Position numbers and translations under genes: made by a program. From Candidatus Limivicinus sp. (GTDB lineage: Bacteria; Bacillota; Clostridia; Oscillospirales; Oscillospiraceae), in NCBI GenBank assembly GCA_050943875.1, contig JBMNPZ010000007.1, forward strand, positions 7,683 through 71,682: DNA of 64,000 bases, written 5' to 3'. A model generated the notes under the pieces. It did no database searches. It was not told the DNA's origin and saw only the letters and a list, made by a program, of their open reading frames with translations. Shown here in pieces: positions 26,025 through 35,046 of this stretch; the first letter of the stretch is position 1; every line of letters starts with the position of its first letter.

Positions 26025-28271
26025 TTGACACGGGCAGAGATTAAAATTTGCGGCATTGTACAGGGCGTGGGTTTTCGCCCTTTTATCCATAAACTTCTGA
26101 AAAATTACAGCCTCAGCGGCTACATAAAAAACAGCTCCTCCGGCGTTGAGCTGGAGCTTGAGGGAGACCGGAATGAGCTGGAGAGCTTCGTGGAGGAGGT
26201 CCCAAGGAAAGCACCCAGACTGGCGCTTATAGAGAGCATCACTGTGGACTACTCGGATGAGCTCAAAGGCTTTAAGGGCTTTGAGATCCGCAGCAGCAAG
26301 AGGGAGGCCACAAGGGATACACTTATCTCCCCGGATATCTGCATCTGTGACGACTGCCTTCGGGAGCTGAGGGATAAAAAGGACAGACGCTACCGCTACC
26401 CTTTTATAAACTGCACCAACTGCGGCCCCCGCTTTACTATTATAAAGGATGTGCCCTATGACAGGGCCAGGACCTCCATGTCCGAATTCCCCATGTGCCC
26501 CGACTGCGACAGGGAGTACAGGGATATTGAGAACCGCCGCTATCACGCCCAGCCCGACTGCTGCAGCGTGTGCGGGCCCAGGGTGTTTTTCCTGGACGGG
26601 GACGGAAACGAACTCCCGGGGGACGGGATTGAGACCGCAAGACAATACCTGAAAAATGGTAAAATCATAGCCGTGAAGGGTCTCGGCGGCATACATCTGG
26701 CCTGCAGCTGCAGGGATCCGGAGATTGCCCTGGAGCTCCGGCGGAGAAAGCGCAGGGACGAGAAGCCCTTTGCAATCATGTGCCGGGATGCGGAGACCGC
26801 GAAGAAGATATGCTTCGTCTCAGAGGATGAGGAGAAGATCCTCACGGGCTTTCGCAGGCCCATTGTCCTCTTGAGAAAGAGGGTCCCCGGTTCCCTCGCC
26901 CATGTGAGCGAGAACGGCTTTGTGGGGATAATGCTCCCCTATACCCCGCTCCACTATCTTCTCTTCGGCGACGATATTGACATGCTCATCATGACCAGCG
27001 CCAATCTCTCCGACACGCCGATAGTATATAAGAATGACGAGGCGCTGGAGAAGCTCCACGGCATCGCGGACGGCTTTCTCCTCCACAACCGGGAGATTCA
27101 GACCCGCTGTGACGACTCCCTCTGCTGGGTGTACGACGGGAGGGAATATCCCGCCAGGCGCTCCAGAGGCTATGTGCCATTCCCGCTGAAGCTGAGGCGG
27201 GAGATGGACAACATTCTCGCCTGCGGGGCGGAGCAGAAGGCCAGCTTCTGTCTCTCAAAGGAGTGCTACGCCTTCCCCTGTCAGCATATAGGTGACCTAA
27301 AAAATCTGGAGACTCTCAGCAGCTATGAACAGCAGATTGGGCATTTCCAGAGACTTTTCGATATAGATCCAAAGCTCCTTGTCTGCGATATGCACCCGGA
27401 CTACATGTCCACGGGCTATGCCTCGGAGCGGGCAGAGAGAGACAATATCCCTCTTCTGCAGGTGCAGCATCACCACGCCCACCTGGCCTCCTGCATGGCG
27501 GACAACAATCTCTCCTCTCCGGTGATCGGCCTCATCTGGGACGGCACCGGCTACGGGACCGACGGGACCACCTGGGGCGGCGAATGTCTGGCCGGGGATT
27601 TCAATGATTTCACCAGGCTGGGCAGCATCAGACCCATCCCCCTTCCCGGTGGAGACAGGGCAGCCAAGGAGATATCCCGCATCGCCTTTTCCCTTCTCCG
27701 GGAGTCCGGCGAGGATGTGAGTGCCTTTGAAAACGCCCCGATGATGGAGGGGATGCTGAAGGCAGGGCTGAACTGCCCCCTCTCCTCGGGCATGGGGCGG
27801 CTCTTTGACGGCATGGCGGCCATCATGGGCATAAAGGAAAAATGCAGCTATGAGGGCCAGGGTGCCGTGCTTCTGGAGGCGGCGGCCTCGGAGGATGAGG
27901 GGCGGTATGAGTGTGAGCTCTCGGGTAAGCCTCTCCGTCTCGACTGGCGGCCAATAGTCCGCTCAGTTGTGCGGGAGCTGAATTGCGGCACGGACAGAGG
28001 CCGCATCGCCGCGAGATTTATGAACACCCTCATTGAGATGGCTGTGAGACAGTGCCTTTTTGCAAGGGAGAAGACCGGCATAGAAGATGTGGTCCTCTCC
28101 GGCGGCACTTTTCAGAATATGTATATAATGCACAGACTCCCCGGGCGCCTTGAGGCCGAGGGCTTCAGGGTCTGGCATCACAGCCGGGTCTCCGCCAATG
28201 ACGAGGGCATATCCTTTGGGCAGCTTATGATTGCCCAGGCGGCGATTGACAGCGGGAAATTTAAAATCTGA
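26025..28271 (+). CDS. hypF: [NiFe]-hydrogenase maturation carbamoyltransferase HypF
   Basis: The acylphosphatase-like N-terminus (GIVQGVGFRPF) is followed by two CxxC-x18-CxxC zinc fingers, then YrdC-like and Kae1-like domains. 748 aa, TTG start. Confidence 0.93.
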   Translation: MTRAEIKICGIVQGVGFRPFIHKLLKNYSLSGYIKNSSSGVELELEGDRNELESFVEEVPRKAPRLALIESITVDYSDELKGFKGFEIRSSKREATRDTLISPDICICDDCLRELRDKKDRRYRYPFINCTNCGPRFTIIKDVPYDRARTSMSEFPMCPDCDREYRDIENRRYHAQPDCCSVCGPRVFFLDGDGNELPGDGIETARQYLKNGKIIAVKGLGGIHLACSCRDPEIALELRRRKRRDEKPFAIMCRDAETAKKICFVSEDEEKILTGFRRPIVLLRKRVPGSLAHVSENGFVGIMLPYTPLHYLLFGDDIDMLIMTSANLSDTPIVYKNDEALEKLHGIADGFLLHNREIQTRCDDSLCWVYDGREYPARRSRGYVPFPLKLRREMDNILACGAEQKASFCLSKECYAFPCQHIGDLKNLETLSSYEQQIGHFQRLFDIDPKLLVCDMHPDYMSTGYASERAERDNIPLLQVQHHHAHLASCMADNNLSSPVIGLIWDGTGYGTDGTTWGGECLAGDFNDFTRLGSIRPIPLPGGDRAAKEISRIAFSLLRESGEDVSAFENAPMMEGMLKAGLNCPLSSGMGRLFDGMAAIMGIKEKCSYEGQGAVLLEAAASEDEGRYECELSGKPLRLDWRPIVRSVVRELNCGTDRGRIAARFMNTLIEMAVRQCLFAREKTGIEDVVLSGGTFQNMYIMHRLPGRLEAEGFRVWHHSRVSANDEGISFGQLMIAQAAIDSGKFKI

Positions 28272-28283
28272 TTGGAGCAAAAT

Positions 28284-28511
28284 ATGTGTCTGGCAATACC
28301 ACTTAAAATAGTAGAGATAGACGGCAATAAGGCTGTTGGCGAGGCCATGGGCATGCGCCGGGATATGAGAGTCGATTTCATCCCGGAGCCTAAGATTGGT
28401 GACTATGTGATAGTCCACGCGGGCTTTGCCATCGAGCGTCTCCCTGAAAAGCAGGCCCAGGATGATCTGGAGGCCTGGAAGGAGGTTGACGATGCCCTCA
28501 AAGGTGTCTGA
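28284..28511 (+). CDS. hypC: Hydrogenase maturation protein HypC
   Basis: Begins MCLAIPLKIVEIDG, carrying the essential Cys2. I therefore chose ATG 28284 rather than the track start 28272. Confidence 0.9.
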   Translation: MCLAIPLKIVEIDGNKAVGEAMGMRRDMRVDFIPEPKIGDYVIVHAGFAIERLPEKQAQDDLEAWKEVDDALKGV

Positions 28512-29571
28512 AAGGACTAAGAGGCTGCTGGACGCCATAGATGCCCTCCCTCTGGGGCAGGTGCAGATTATGGAGGTCTGCGGCACCCATACCATGTCCA
28601 TTGCCCAGTCGGGTATAAAGTCAATGCTCCCGGGAAATGTGAAGCTGCTCTCCGGCCCCGGCTGTCCGGTGTGCGTCACCCCGCCGGAGCATATAGATGC
28701 CATGCTGGAGCTCTCGATGGACCCCGGCGTGATAATCGCAAGCTACGGCGATATGATCCGTGTTCCCGGCAGTGTTCGGGGGGACAGTCTCCAGCGCCGC
28801 AGGGCCCTGGGGGCAAGGGTTGAGATAGTTTACTCCCCGGTGGATGCGATAGAGATTGCAAAGCAGAATCCGGATAAGGAGATAGTTTTCATAGGCGTCG
28901 GCTTTGAGACCACGGCCCCCGGAACCGCGGCGGCTGTGCTCACGGCGAGAGACGAGGGCGTGAAGAATTTCAGCGTCTGGTCCATGCTCAAGACCGTGGA
29001 GCCGGCATTGCGCACGCTCCTCGCCATGGATGACTTCAATGTCCAGGGCTTTCTCTGTCCGGGACATGTGGCCACCATAATAGGCGAGCGGGGCTTTCGC
29101 TTCCTCCCGGAGGAATACGGCATGCCCGGGGTCATATCCGGCTTTGAGCCTGACGACATACTCCTTGCAATATACAGACTGCTCCGGCAGATCGCGTACA
29201 ATGAGCCCGCGCTGGAAAACTGCTACAGGCGCGCAGTGGCCCCCGAGGGAAATGTACTGGCCCGGAAGATGATGGAGAAATGCTTCGACCGGCGGCGTGA
29301 CCTCTGGCGTGGCATGGGCGAGATCGATGCAAGCGGCCTCGGCTTCAAGGCGGAGCTCGCTGAGTTTGACGCGGAGAAGCGCTTCCCCGCCGAATATAAG
29401 AAGGCCTCTGTGCCCACGGCCTGCCGCTGCGGGCAGGTCATAACCGGCATGCTCTCCCCGGAGGAGTGCCCCATGTTCGGAAAGGTCTGCACGCCGGAGG
29501 ATCCGGTGGGGCCCTGCATGGTCTCCTCAGAGGGTGCCTGCGCAGCAGCATATAAATATCAGGTGATATAA
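28492..29571 (+). CDS. hypD: Hydrogenase maturation protein HypD
   Basis: Motifs MEVCGTHT, GPGCPVCVTP, GFETTAP and a C-terminal CxxC cluster. It overlaps the end of hypC. Confidence 0.93.
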   Translation: MPSKVSERTKRLLDAIDALPLGQVQIMEVCGTHTMSIAQSGIKSMLPGNVKLLSGPGCPVCVTPPEHIDAMLELSMDPGVIIASYGDMIRVPGSVRGDSLQRRRALGARVEIVYSPVDAIEIAKQNPDKEIVFIGVGFETTAPGTAAAVLTARDEGVKNFSVWSMLKTVEPALRTLLAMDDFNVQGFLCPGHVATIIGERGFRFLPEEYGMPGVISGFEPDDILLAIYRLLRQIAYNEPALENCYRRAVAPEGNVLARKMMEKCFDRRRDLWRGMGEIDASGLGFKAELAEFDAEKRFPAEYKKASVPTACRCGQVITGMLSPEECPMFGKVCTPEDPVGPCMVSSEGACAAAYKYQVI

Positions 29572-30569
29572 TGGATGAAATAATTACTCTCGATTACGGC
29601 AGCGGCGGGAAAAAGACCTCCCGCCTAATAGAAAATATGATAGTGCCCACCATGGACAGCCCCGCCCTCAATGAGCTGGGGGACGGCGCAGTTCTGGAGG
29701 GGGCGGAAAAGATTGTGTTCTCCACCGACAGCTTTGTGGTGGACCCCATCTTCTTCCCCGGCGGGGACATCGGCAAGCTCTCCGTGTGCGGGACCGTGAA
29801 CGACGTCTCCATGTGCGGCGGCGTGCCCAAGTACCTCAGCTGTGCCTTTGTTATAGAGGAGGGCTTCAGCACCGGGGACCTGAAAAAAATCATCGACTCC
29901 ATCGGCCGGACCTGTGAAAAGACCGGCGTGAAGGTTGTCACCGGCGACACCAAGGTGGTGGAAAAGGGCCGGGGCGACAAGATATACATCAACACCGCAG
30001 GCATCGGCTTTCTGAAATATCCCGGACTGAGCCCCAGGAATATAAAGCCAGGGGATGCGGTCATAGTGTCCGGCACCGTGGGGGACCACGGCACTGCCGT
30101 GATGCTCAGCCGCAGCGGGATGATGCAGGGGGATATAAAATCCGACTGCGCCGCCCTCAACGGTCTCTGTGAGGCCATACTTCAAAGCGGCTGCGGCGTG
30201 CGGGTGCTGAGAGACCCGACCCGGGGCGGTGTGGCCACCACCCTCAATGAGTTTATCGAGGGTACGGAGCTTGGCATTGAGCTGGATGAGGAGCTCATCC
30301 CCGTGAGGGACAGCGTCAAAGCCGCCTGCGACATGCTGGGGCTGGAGCCTATGTACTGCGCAAATGAAGGCAAGCTTCTGGCCGTGGTGGACCCGGAGGA
30401 CGCCGAAAAGGTCCTTGAGGCCATGCACGGCACCGAAGAGGGCCGGGATGCCGCGGTCATCGGTCATGTCACGGATAAATATTCGGGGCGCCTTGTGATG
30501 GACACGGCCTTCGGCGGGAAGCGCATTCTGCAGAAGCTCGCCGGGGCGCAGCTCCCGAGAATATGTTAA
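29571..30569 (+). CDS. hypE: Hydrogenase maturation protein HypE
   Basis: PurM-like fold with the conserved C-terminus ending ...PRIC, where the cysteine is thiocyanated. Confidence 0.93.
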   Translation: MDEIITLDYGSGGKKTSRLIENMIVPTMDSPALNELGDGAVLEGAEKIVFSTDSFVVDPIFFPGGDIGKLSVCGTVNDVSMCGGVPKYLSCAFVIEEGFSTGDLKKIIDSIGRTCEKTGVKVVTGDTKVVEKGRGDKIYINTAGIGFLKYPGLSPRNIKPGDAVIVSGTVGDHGTAVMLSRSGMMQGDIKSDCAALNGLCEAILQSGCGVRVLRDPTRGGVATTLNEFIEGTELGIELDEELIPVRDSVKAACDMLGLEPMYCANEGKLLAVVDPEDAEKVLEAMHGTEEGRDAAVIGHVTDKYSGRLVMDTAFGGKRILQKLAGAQLPRIC

Positions 30570-30640
30570 AAACCTGATTACGCATCAGTTTTTTATAATG
30601 TAGTCAGCAAACATACAATGTTATACGAGAGGTGAAACGA

Positions 30641-31027
30641 ATGCAGGAGTACAAAAGAATCGATATCGACAAAGAACAGATAGTACCCATTGCAGAGCGG
30701 ATGAGGAAAGAGGGCAGGTACCTCGTAATGATCCACGGCTTTCTCAACGAGGAGGGCAAGATGGATGTTTCCTGGGACTATGCCATTGATCCCGCCGTTG
30801 AGTCCTATCATGTGGTAGGCGAAATGAAGCTGCCTTCAATCAGCTCCATTTACGACACAGCAGCTGAGTGGCCCGAGAGGGAGCTCAACGAATTTTTCGG
30901 CCTGGAGTTCGAGGGACTGGACACTTCGAAGCGTCTGTTCCTGCCGGAGGATATGCTGGAAGATCAGGGCAGAGGCCAGATAATGGTCACTCCTCTGAGC
31001 GAGCTTCGCGAGAAGAATATAAAGTAG
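30641..31027 (+). CDS. mbhK: Group 4 [NiFe]-hydrogenase subunit, NuoC/30-kDa family (MbhK-like)
   Basis: Motif WPERELNEFFGLEFEG, typical of NuoC-type subunits. GAGAGGTG RBS lies before ATG 30641. Confidence 0.85.
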   Translation: MQEYKRIDIDKEQIVPIAERMRKEGRYLVMIHGFLNEEGKMDVSWDYAIDPAVESYHVVGEMKLPSISSIYDTAAEWPERELNEFFGLEFEGLDTSKRLFLPEDMLEDQGRGQIMVTPLSELREKNIK

Positions 31028-31037
31028 GAGGCAGAGT

Positions 31038-32120
31038 ATGAGTTATATTGTTCCTATCGGACCTTACCATCCCGCGCTTGAGGAGCCGATACACGCCAAT
31101 CTCTATACCGAGGGTGAAGTCATAAAGGACGCAGAGGTCTTTGTGGGCTACAACCACCGCGGCATAGAGAAGCTTGCAACCGAGCGCAACGCCATCCAGA
31201 CCCTTGTTCTGGTTGAGCGTGTCTGCGGTATCTGCTCTCACTCCCACGCGTTTACCTATGCAATGGCGGTTGAGGCCATCAACGGACTGGACACCCCCAA
31301 GAGGGGCCAGTACATCCGTGTCATCACGGCAGAGCTTGAGAGGCTGCACTCTCACCTCCTCTGGATGGGCGTCGCCTGCCATATCATCGGCCATGACAGC
31401 CTGTTCATGCATATCTGGGATGTGCGTGAAATCGTCATGGGCCTTCTGGAGAAGCTCAGCGGCAACCGTGTAAACTACGCCATGGTCACCATAGGCGGCG
31501 CACGCCGTGACATAAACGATGACCTGAAGCGCGATCTTCTTGCCGGAGTTGAGCAGATGAAGGCTCCTCTGGACAGAATTATAGAGATCTGCCTCACCGA
31601 CAAGACCATAGCCCTCCGCACAAAGGGCGTCGGTGTCCTCAAGAAGGAGGACGCACTGAGGATGGGTGCCATCGGCCCCCACGCCAGAGCTTCGGGCATT
31701 AAGATCGACGTCCGCAAGGATGCGCCCTATTCTTCCTATGATGACTTTGATTTTGACATCCCCGTGGTCGACAGCGGCGACGTGTTCGCCCGTGTGGTTG
31801 TCCGTGCCCTGGAGTGCGTTGAGAGTATCAAGATCATCGAGCAGGCACTGAACAGGCTCCCCGGCGGCCCCATCAATCTGGGCAACAAGCTTCTGAAGAT
31901 TCAGAAGGGCGTCGCAGTCACCAGACATGAGGCTCCCCGCGGCCAGCTGAGCCACATGGTTGTGGGCAACGGCACACTGTACAACCACCGTGTCAGCATC
32001 CATGTCCCCAGCTACAAGAACACACCCACAGTTCCCTTCATGCTTCGCGGCAACTCCGTTGCAGATGCAGGTCTCATTATTGCAAGTATTGACCCCTGCT
32101 TCAGCTGCCTCGACAGGTAA
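31038..32120 (+). CDS. mbhL: Group 4 membrane-bound [NiFe]-hydrogenase large (catalytic) subunit, NuoD-like (MbhL/EchE-like)
   Basis: The N-terminal Ni-Fe ligand motif is RVCGICSHSH. The C-terminal motif DPCFSCLDR lies at the very end of the 360-aa protein. Confidence 0.92.
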   Translation: MSYIVPIGPYHPALEEPIHANLYTEGEVIKDAEVFVGYNHRGIEKLATERNAIQTLVLVERVCGICSHSHAFTYAMAVEAINGLDTPKRGQYIRVITAELERLHSHLLWMGVACHIIGHDSLFMHIWDVREIVMGLLEKLSGNRVNYAMVTIGGARRDINDDLKRDLLAGVEQMKAPLDRIIEICLTDKTIALRTKGVGVLKKEDALRMGAIGPHARASGIKIDVRKDAPYSSYDDFDFDIPVVDSGDVFARVVVRALECVESIKIIEQALNRLPGGPINLGNKLLKIQKGVAVTRHEAPRGQLSHMVVGNGTLYNHRVSIHVPSYKNTPTVPFMLRGNSVADAGLIIASIDPCFSCLDR

Positions 32121-32122
32121 GT

Positions 32123-32464
32123 ATGCACGAGCTGGCAATAGCTGAGGGAATTATTGACATAGTAAACTCCGAGGCCAGGGAAAAGGGCTTTACTAAAGTT
32201 CTGGAAATCAGGCTGAGCATCGGCGAGTATTCCGGCATAGTGATGGAATGTATAAAGGAGTTTTTCCCCATCGCGGCCGCCGGCTCCCCCGCAGAGCACG
32301 CAAAGTTTGAGGTTCAGGTGGTTAAGGCCCGCTTCAGGTGTCTCGACTGCGGCTACGAGGGAGAGGTGGACAGGCATGAGGCCTGCTGCCCCCTGTGTAA
32401 AAGCTGTGCCCTGAAAATGATCTCCGGCAGGGAGTTCTATGTAGACAGTCTAAAAGTTGAATAA
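32123..32464 (+). CDS. hypA: Hydrogenase nickel incorporation protein HypA
   Basis: Starts MHELAIAEGII and has a zinc site CLDCG...CPLCKS. It begins 3 nt after the large-subunit stop. Confidence 0.9.
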   Translation: MHELAIAEGIIDIVNSEAREKGFTKVLEIRLSIGEYSGIVMECIKEFFPIAAAGSPAEHAKFEVQVVKARFRCLDCGYEGEVDRHEACCPLCKSCALKMISGREFYVDSLKVE

Positions 32465-32503
32465 ACTTTTCAAATAGACAAAAAAGGAAGGAGAGGTTTT
32501 CTC

Positions 32504-33022
32504 TTGCAAAAAACGAGATTTCCCGCTGTGGTAAGCACCTTTATAGTCTGCTACATCTTCTGGATACTGATCAACTGGAATTTCTCAGTCCAGGAGCTGA
32601 CAGCCGGTGCAGTTGTGAGCCTTGCGGTGGCTCTCTTTTCAGCCCGCTTTTTCATCCATGAAAAGGCCTTCTGGCTGTTCAATCCGGCGAAGTTCTTCTC
32701 TCTGGTGGCATACATCCCCGTGTTCCTTGTGGAACTCGTGAAGGCAAATGTGGATGTTGCAAAGCGCTGCTTCGGCGGATGCAAAAATATCAATCCCGGC
32801 ATCGTAAAGATTCCGGTGGACCTGAAGAGTGAGTACGGTAAGGTAATGCTTGCAAACTCCATCACTCTTACCCCCGGCACCATCACCATGGACATCGCCG
32901 AGGAGGAGGGTCAGACTTATTACTATGTGCACTGGATAGACGTCAAGGCTCCCGGCGGAAAGGAAGCCGGAGACGCGATCAAGGGCACTCTGGAAAAATG
33001 GGTAGGGAGGATTTTTAAATGA
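32504..33022 (+). CDS. mbhA: Mrp/Mnh antiporter subunit E-like membrane protein (MbhA-like)
   Basis: MnhE-type sequence (NSITLTPGTITMDI). It is the first gene of the E-F-G-B-C-D order typical of Mbh membrane arms. TTG start with an AAGGAGAGG RBS. Confidence 0.8.
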   Translation: MQKTRFPAVVSTFIVCYIFWILINWNFSVQELTAGAVVSLAVALFSARFFIHEKAFWLFNPAKFFSLVAYIPVFLVELVKANVDVAKRCFGGCKNINPGIVKIPVDLKSEYGKVMLANSITLTPGTITMDIAEEEGQTYYYVHWIDVKAPGGKEAGDAIKGTLEKWVGRIFK

Positions 33023-33273
33023 TAGAGCTTATCATATTCGGTATTCTGTTTGCCATCCTCGCACTCTGCTGCCTTGTAAGGCTGAAAAAGGGACCTACCC
33101 CCGCCGACAGAATGGTCTGTGCCGACTCCATCGACATTCTCCTCTGCTGCGCGATGGTTATGTTCGCCCTCTACTCCGGCCGCGGCATATTCCTTGACAT
33201 TGCTCTCATCGGCGCACTGATGGGCATTGTCGACACCATGCTCATCGGCCGTCACCTTGAAGGGAGGCAGTGA
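33019..33273 (+). CDS. mbhB: Mrp subunit F-like (MbhB-like)
   Basis: 84 aa with 3 TM helices. The P.ADRMV..D motif is typical of MnhF. It has a 4-nt overlap with the upstream gene. Confidence 0.8.
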   Translation: MIELIIFGILFAILALCCLVRLKKGPTPADRMVCADSIDILLCCAMVMFALYSGRGIFLDIALIGALMGIVDTMLIGRHLEGRQ

Positions 33274-33276
33274 TTT

Positions 33277-33621
33277 ATGGCAGTTAGAATTATAGTTGAC
33301 GTATTTATCGCTTTTGGCTTTGTATTTGCCCTCGCCGGTGCAATCGGCGTGGTCAAGATGCCCGACTGCTTCTGCCGTATGCAGGCCAGCACCTGCATCA
33401 CCACACTGGGCATGCTGGGCGTCATGATAGGCAGCCTGCTCTATGCAATATTTGTCATGCACAGCCACACCACGGCAATCAAGATTGCGGTCATCGCAGT
33501 CATGATTATTGTCACCAACCCCGTGGGCGGGCACGCCATTGCCAAGGGCGCATATAAGGCCGGTTTCAGACCGGAAAAGAAAATGGAAACTGACGACTAT
33601 GGGAGGGATCTCAATGAGTAA
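33277..33621 (+). CDS. mbhC: Mrp subunit G-like (MbhC-like)
   Basis: 114 aa with an MnhG-type pattern (GAIGVVKMPDCFCRMQASTCITTLG). Confidence 0.8.
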   Translation: MAVRIIVDVFIAFGFVFALAGAIGVVKMPDCFCRMQASTCITTLGMLGVMIGSLLYAIFVMHSHTTAIKIAVIAVMIIVTNPVGGHAIAKGAYKAGFRPEKKMETDDYGRDLNE

Positions 33622-33868
33622 TCTTATTGTTGTTCTGGATATCCTGGTCGTTGTGGGACTTGTCGTCTCGGCAATTCTGGCATCCAATCTGAAGAACCTG
33701 CTTTCTGCCGTTATTGCCCTCGGTGCAACCGGTCTTTTTGCAGCGGCCGAATTCCTGATTCTGCAGGCTCCCGATGTCGCAATATCCGAAGCGGCTGTCG
33801 GTGCTGCACTTACCCCAATAATCTTCATTGTCACTCTTAGAAAAATCAAGGGAGGGAAGCAGAGATGA
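33614..33868 (+). CDS. mbhD: Small membrane subunit, MrpB N-terminal-like/DUF4040-like (MbhD-like)
   Basis: 84 aa with 3 TM helices. I chose ATG 33614 (GGGAGGG RBS); the track ORF start 33509 lies inside the upstream gene. Confidence 0.7.
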   Translation: MSNLIVVLDILVVVGLVVSAILASNLKNLLSAVIALGATGLFAAAEFLILQAPDVAISEAAVGAALTPIIFIVTLRKIKGGKQR

Positions 33869-34230
33869 AAAAATTCCTTACCTGGCTTTCCTTCGGCGTG
33901 CTCCTTTTTGCCTGCGTGTTCTCCGCGGTGAAGATGGCCGCCATGCCCCCCACCTATGACGGTACCAAGGCCCCCGTGTCCGCATACGAGCTTATGGAGG
34001 ACCCGGCGAGCTACGACGATACCCAGGCGGACGGCGCTGCCGCCGCAATCGTGCAGCAGAACCTTGACAGGACCCACGCGGTAAACGATGTCACCTCAAT
34101 AGTCTTCGACTTCCGCGGCTACGATACAATGGGCGAGTCCTTCATTCTGATCACTGCCGTTGCAGGCTGCATCGTGATTCTCTCCACCAGCAAAAAAGAA
34201 AAGAAGGAGGAGGAGAAAAAAGATGAATGA
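33865..34230 (+). CDS. mbhE: MnhB-related membrane subunit (MbhE-like)
   Basis: Motif NDVTSIVFDFRGYDTMGESFIL, typical of MnhB-domain proteins. Confidence 0.7.
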   Translation: MKKFLTWLSFGVLLFACVFSAVKMAAMPPTYDGTKAPVSAYELMEDPASYDDTQADGAAAAIVQQNLDRTHAVNDVTSIVFDFRGYDTMGESFILITAVAGCIVILSTSKKEKKEEEKKDE

Positions 34231-34684
34231 TAGAAAATTTGAAGAAAAAGATATCATTTTGAAATGCAACAGTGACTTTATAATCCCCTGTGCACTGGTC
34301 TACATCCTCTACATAATCCTTCACGGCCATATATCCCCGGGCGGCGGCTTCCAGGGCGGCGTTCTCAATGTCGCTGTCGTCTGCATGCTGTACCTCGGGC
34401 ACGGCTATGAGACCACTGTCAGAACCCTCAGCTTTGAGCTGAACCGCAAGGTCGAAGGTCTTGCAGTCACCCTTTACATCTGCATCGCAATGGTGGGTGT
34501 TGTCATGGGTGCCCAGTTCTGCCAGAACGTGGCCTTCCAGAACGGCAACATCGGCGATCTCATCAGCTCCGGCACAATAGCATGGATGGATGAGGCTGTC
34601 GGTCTCAACGTGTTCACCGGTGTCTGCGTCGTGGCTCTGTCCATGATCGGGCTTCTCGCCGTGAACAATGACAGGAAGGAATAA
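34223..34684 (+). CDS. mbhF: Mrp subunit B-like (MbhF-like)
   Basis: The HGHISPGGGFQGG motif of the MnhB family. Confidence 0.8.
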   Translation: MNDRKFEEKDIILKCNSDFIIPCALVYILYIILHGHISPGGGFQGGVLNVAVVCMLYLGHGYETTVRTLSFELNRKVEGLAVTLYICIAMVGVVMGAQFCQNVAFQNGNIGDLISSGTIAWMDEAVGLNVFTGVCVVALSMIGLLAVNNDRKE

Positions 34685-34695
34685 GGTGAAAGAAT

Positions 34696-35046
34696 ATGAT
34701 ATTATTTAACTATATTGCAGCCTTCTTCCTCATCGCACTTGGTTTCTATACCATAGTCACAAAGTTCAATCTGCTGAAGACCGTCATCGGCCTTTCAATC
34801 GCAGACTACGGTGTGAACCTGCTGATAATCACCATCGGCTTCAACCCCGGCGGCACGGCACCTATCTACACCCCCGGTGAAATCACCCCGGCAAGCTACT
34901 TTGTTGACCCCATACCTCAGGCTCTTACCCTTACCAGTATAGTCATCGGCGCATGCGTGACCGCAATGTCCCTGTCACTGGTAATGAAGCTGCATGAATC
35001 CTATGGTACTCTTGACACCAGAGAGATAAGGAGGCTGAGAGGATGA
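34696..35046 (+). CDS. mbhG: Mrp subunit C / NuoK-like (MbhG-like)
   Basis: 116 aa with 3 TM helices and a NuoK/MnhC-type sequence (LTSIVIGACVTAMSLSL). Confidence 0.85.
   Translation: MILFNYIAAFFLIALGFYTIVTKFNLLKTVIGLSIADYGVNLLIITIGFNPGGTAPIYTPGEITPASYFVDPIPQALTLTSIVIGACVTAMSLSLVMKLHESYGTLDTREIRRLRG

Noticed and set aside
33509-33613. Longer track starts for several genes: 33509 (MbhD-like), 28426 (hypD), 28272 (hypC), 19499 (BMP lipoprotein), 20457 (deoD), 54192 (MutS-like A), 62760 (guaA-like), 60674 (TetR)
   Set aside because: The upstream extensions overlap the preceding gene or lack an RBS. Internal Met codons are preceded by GGAGG-type sites and reproduce the canonical family N-termini, for example MCL for HypC and lipoboxes for the lipoproteins.
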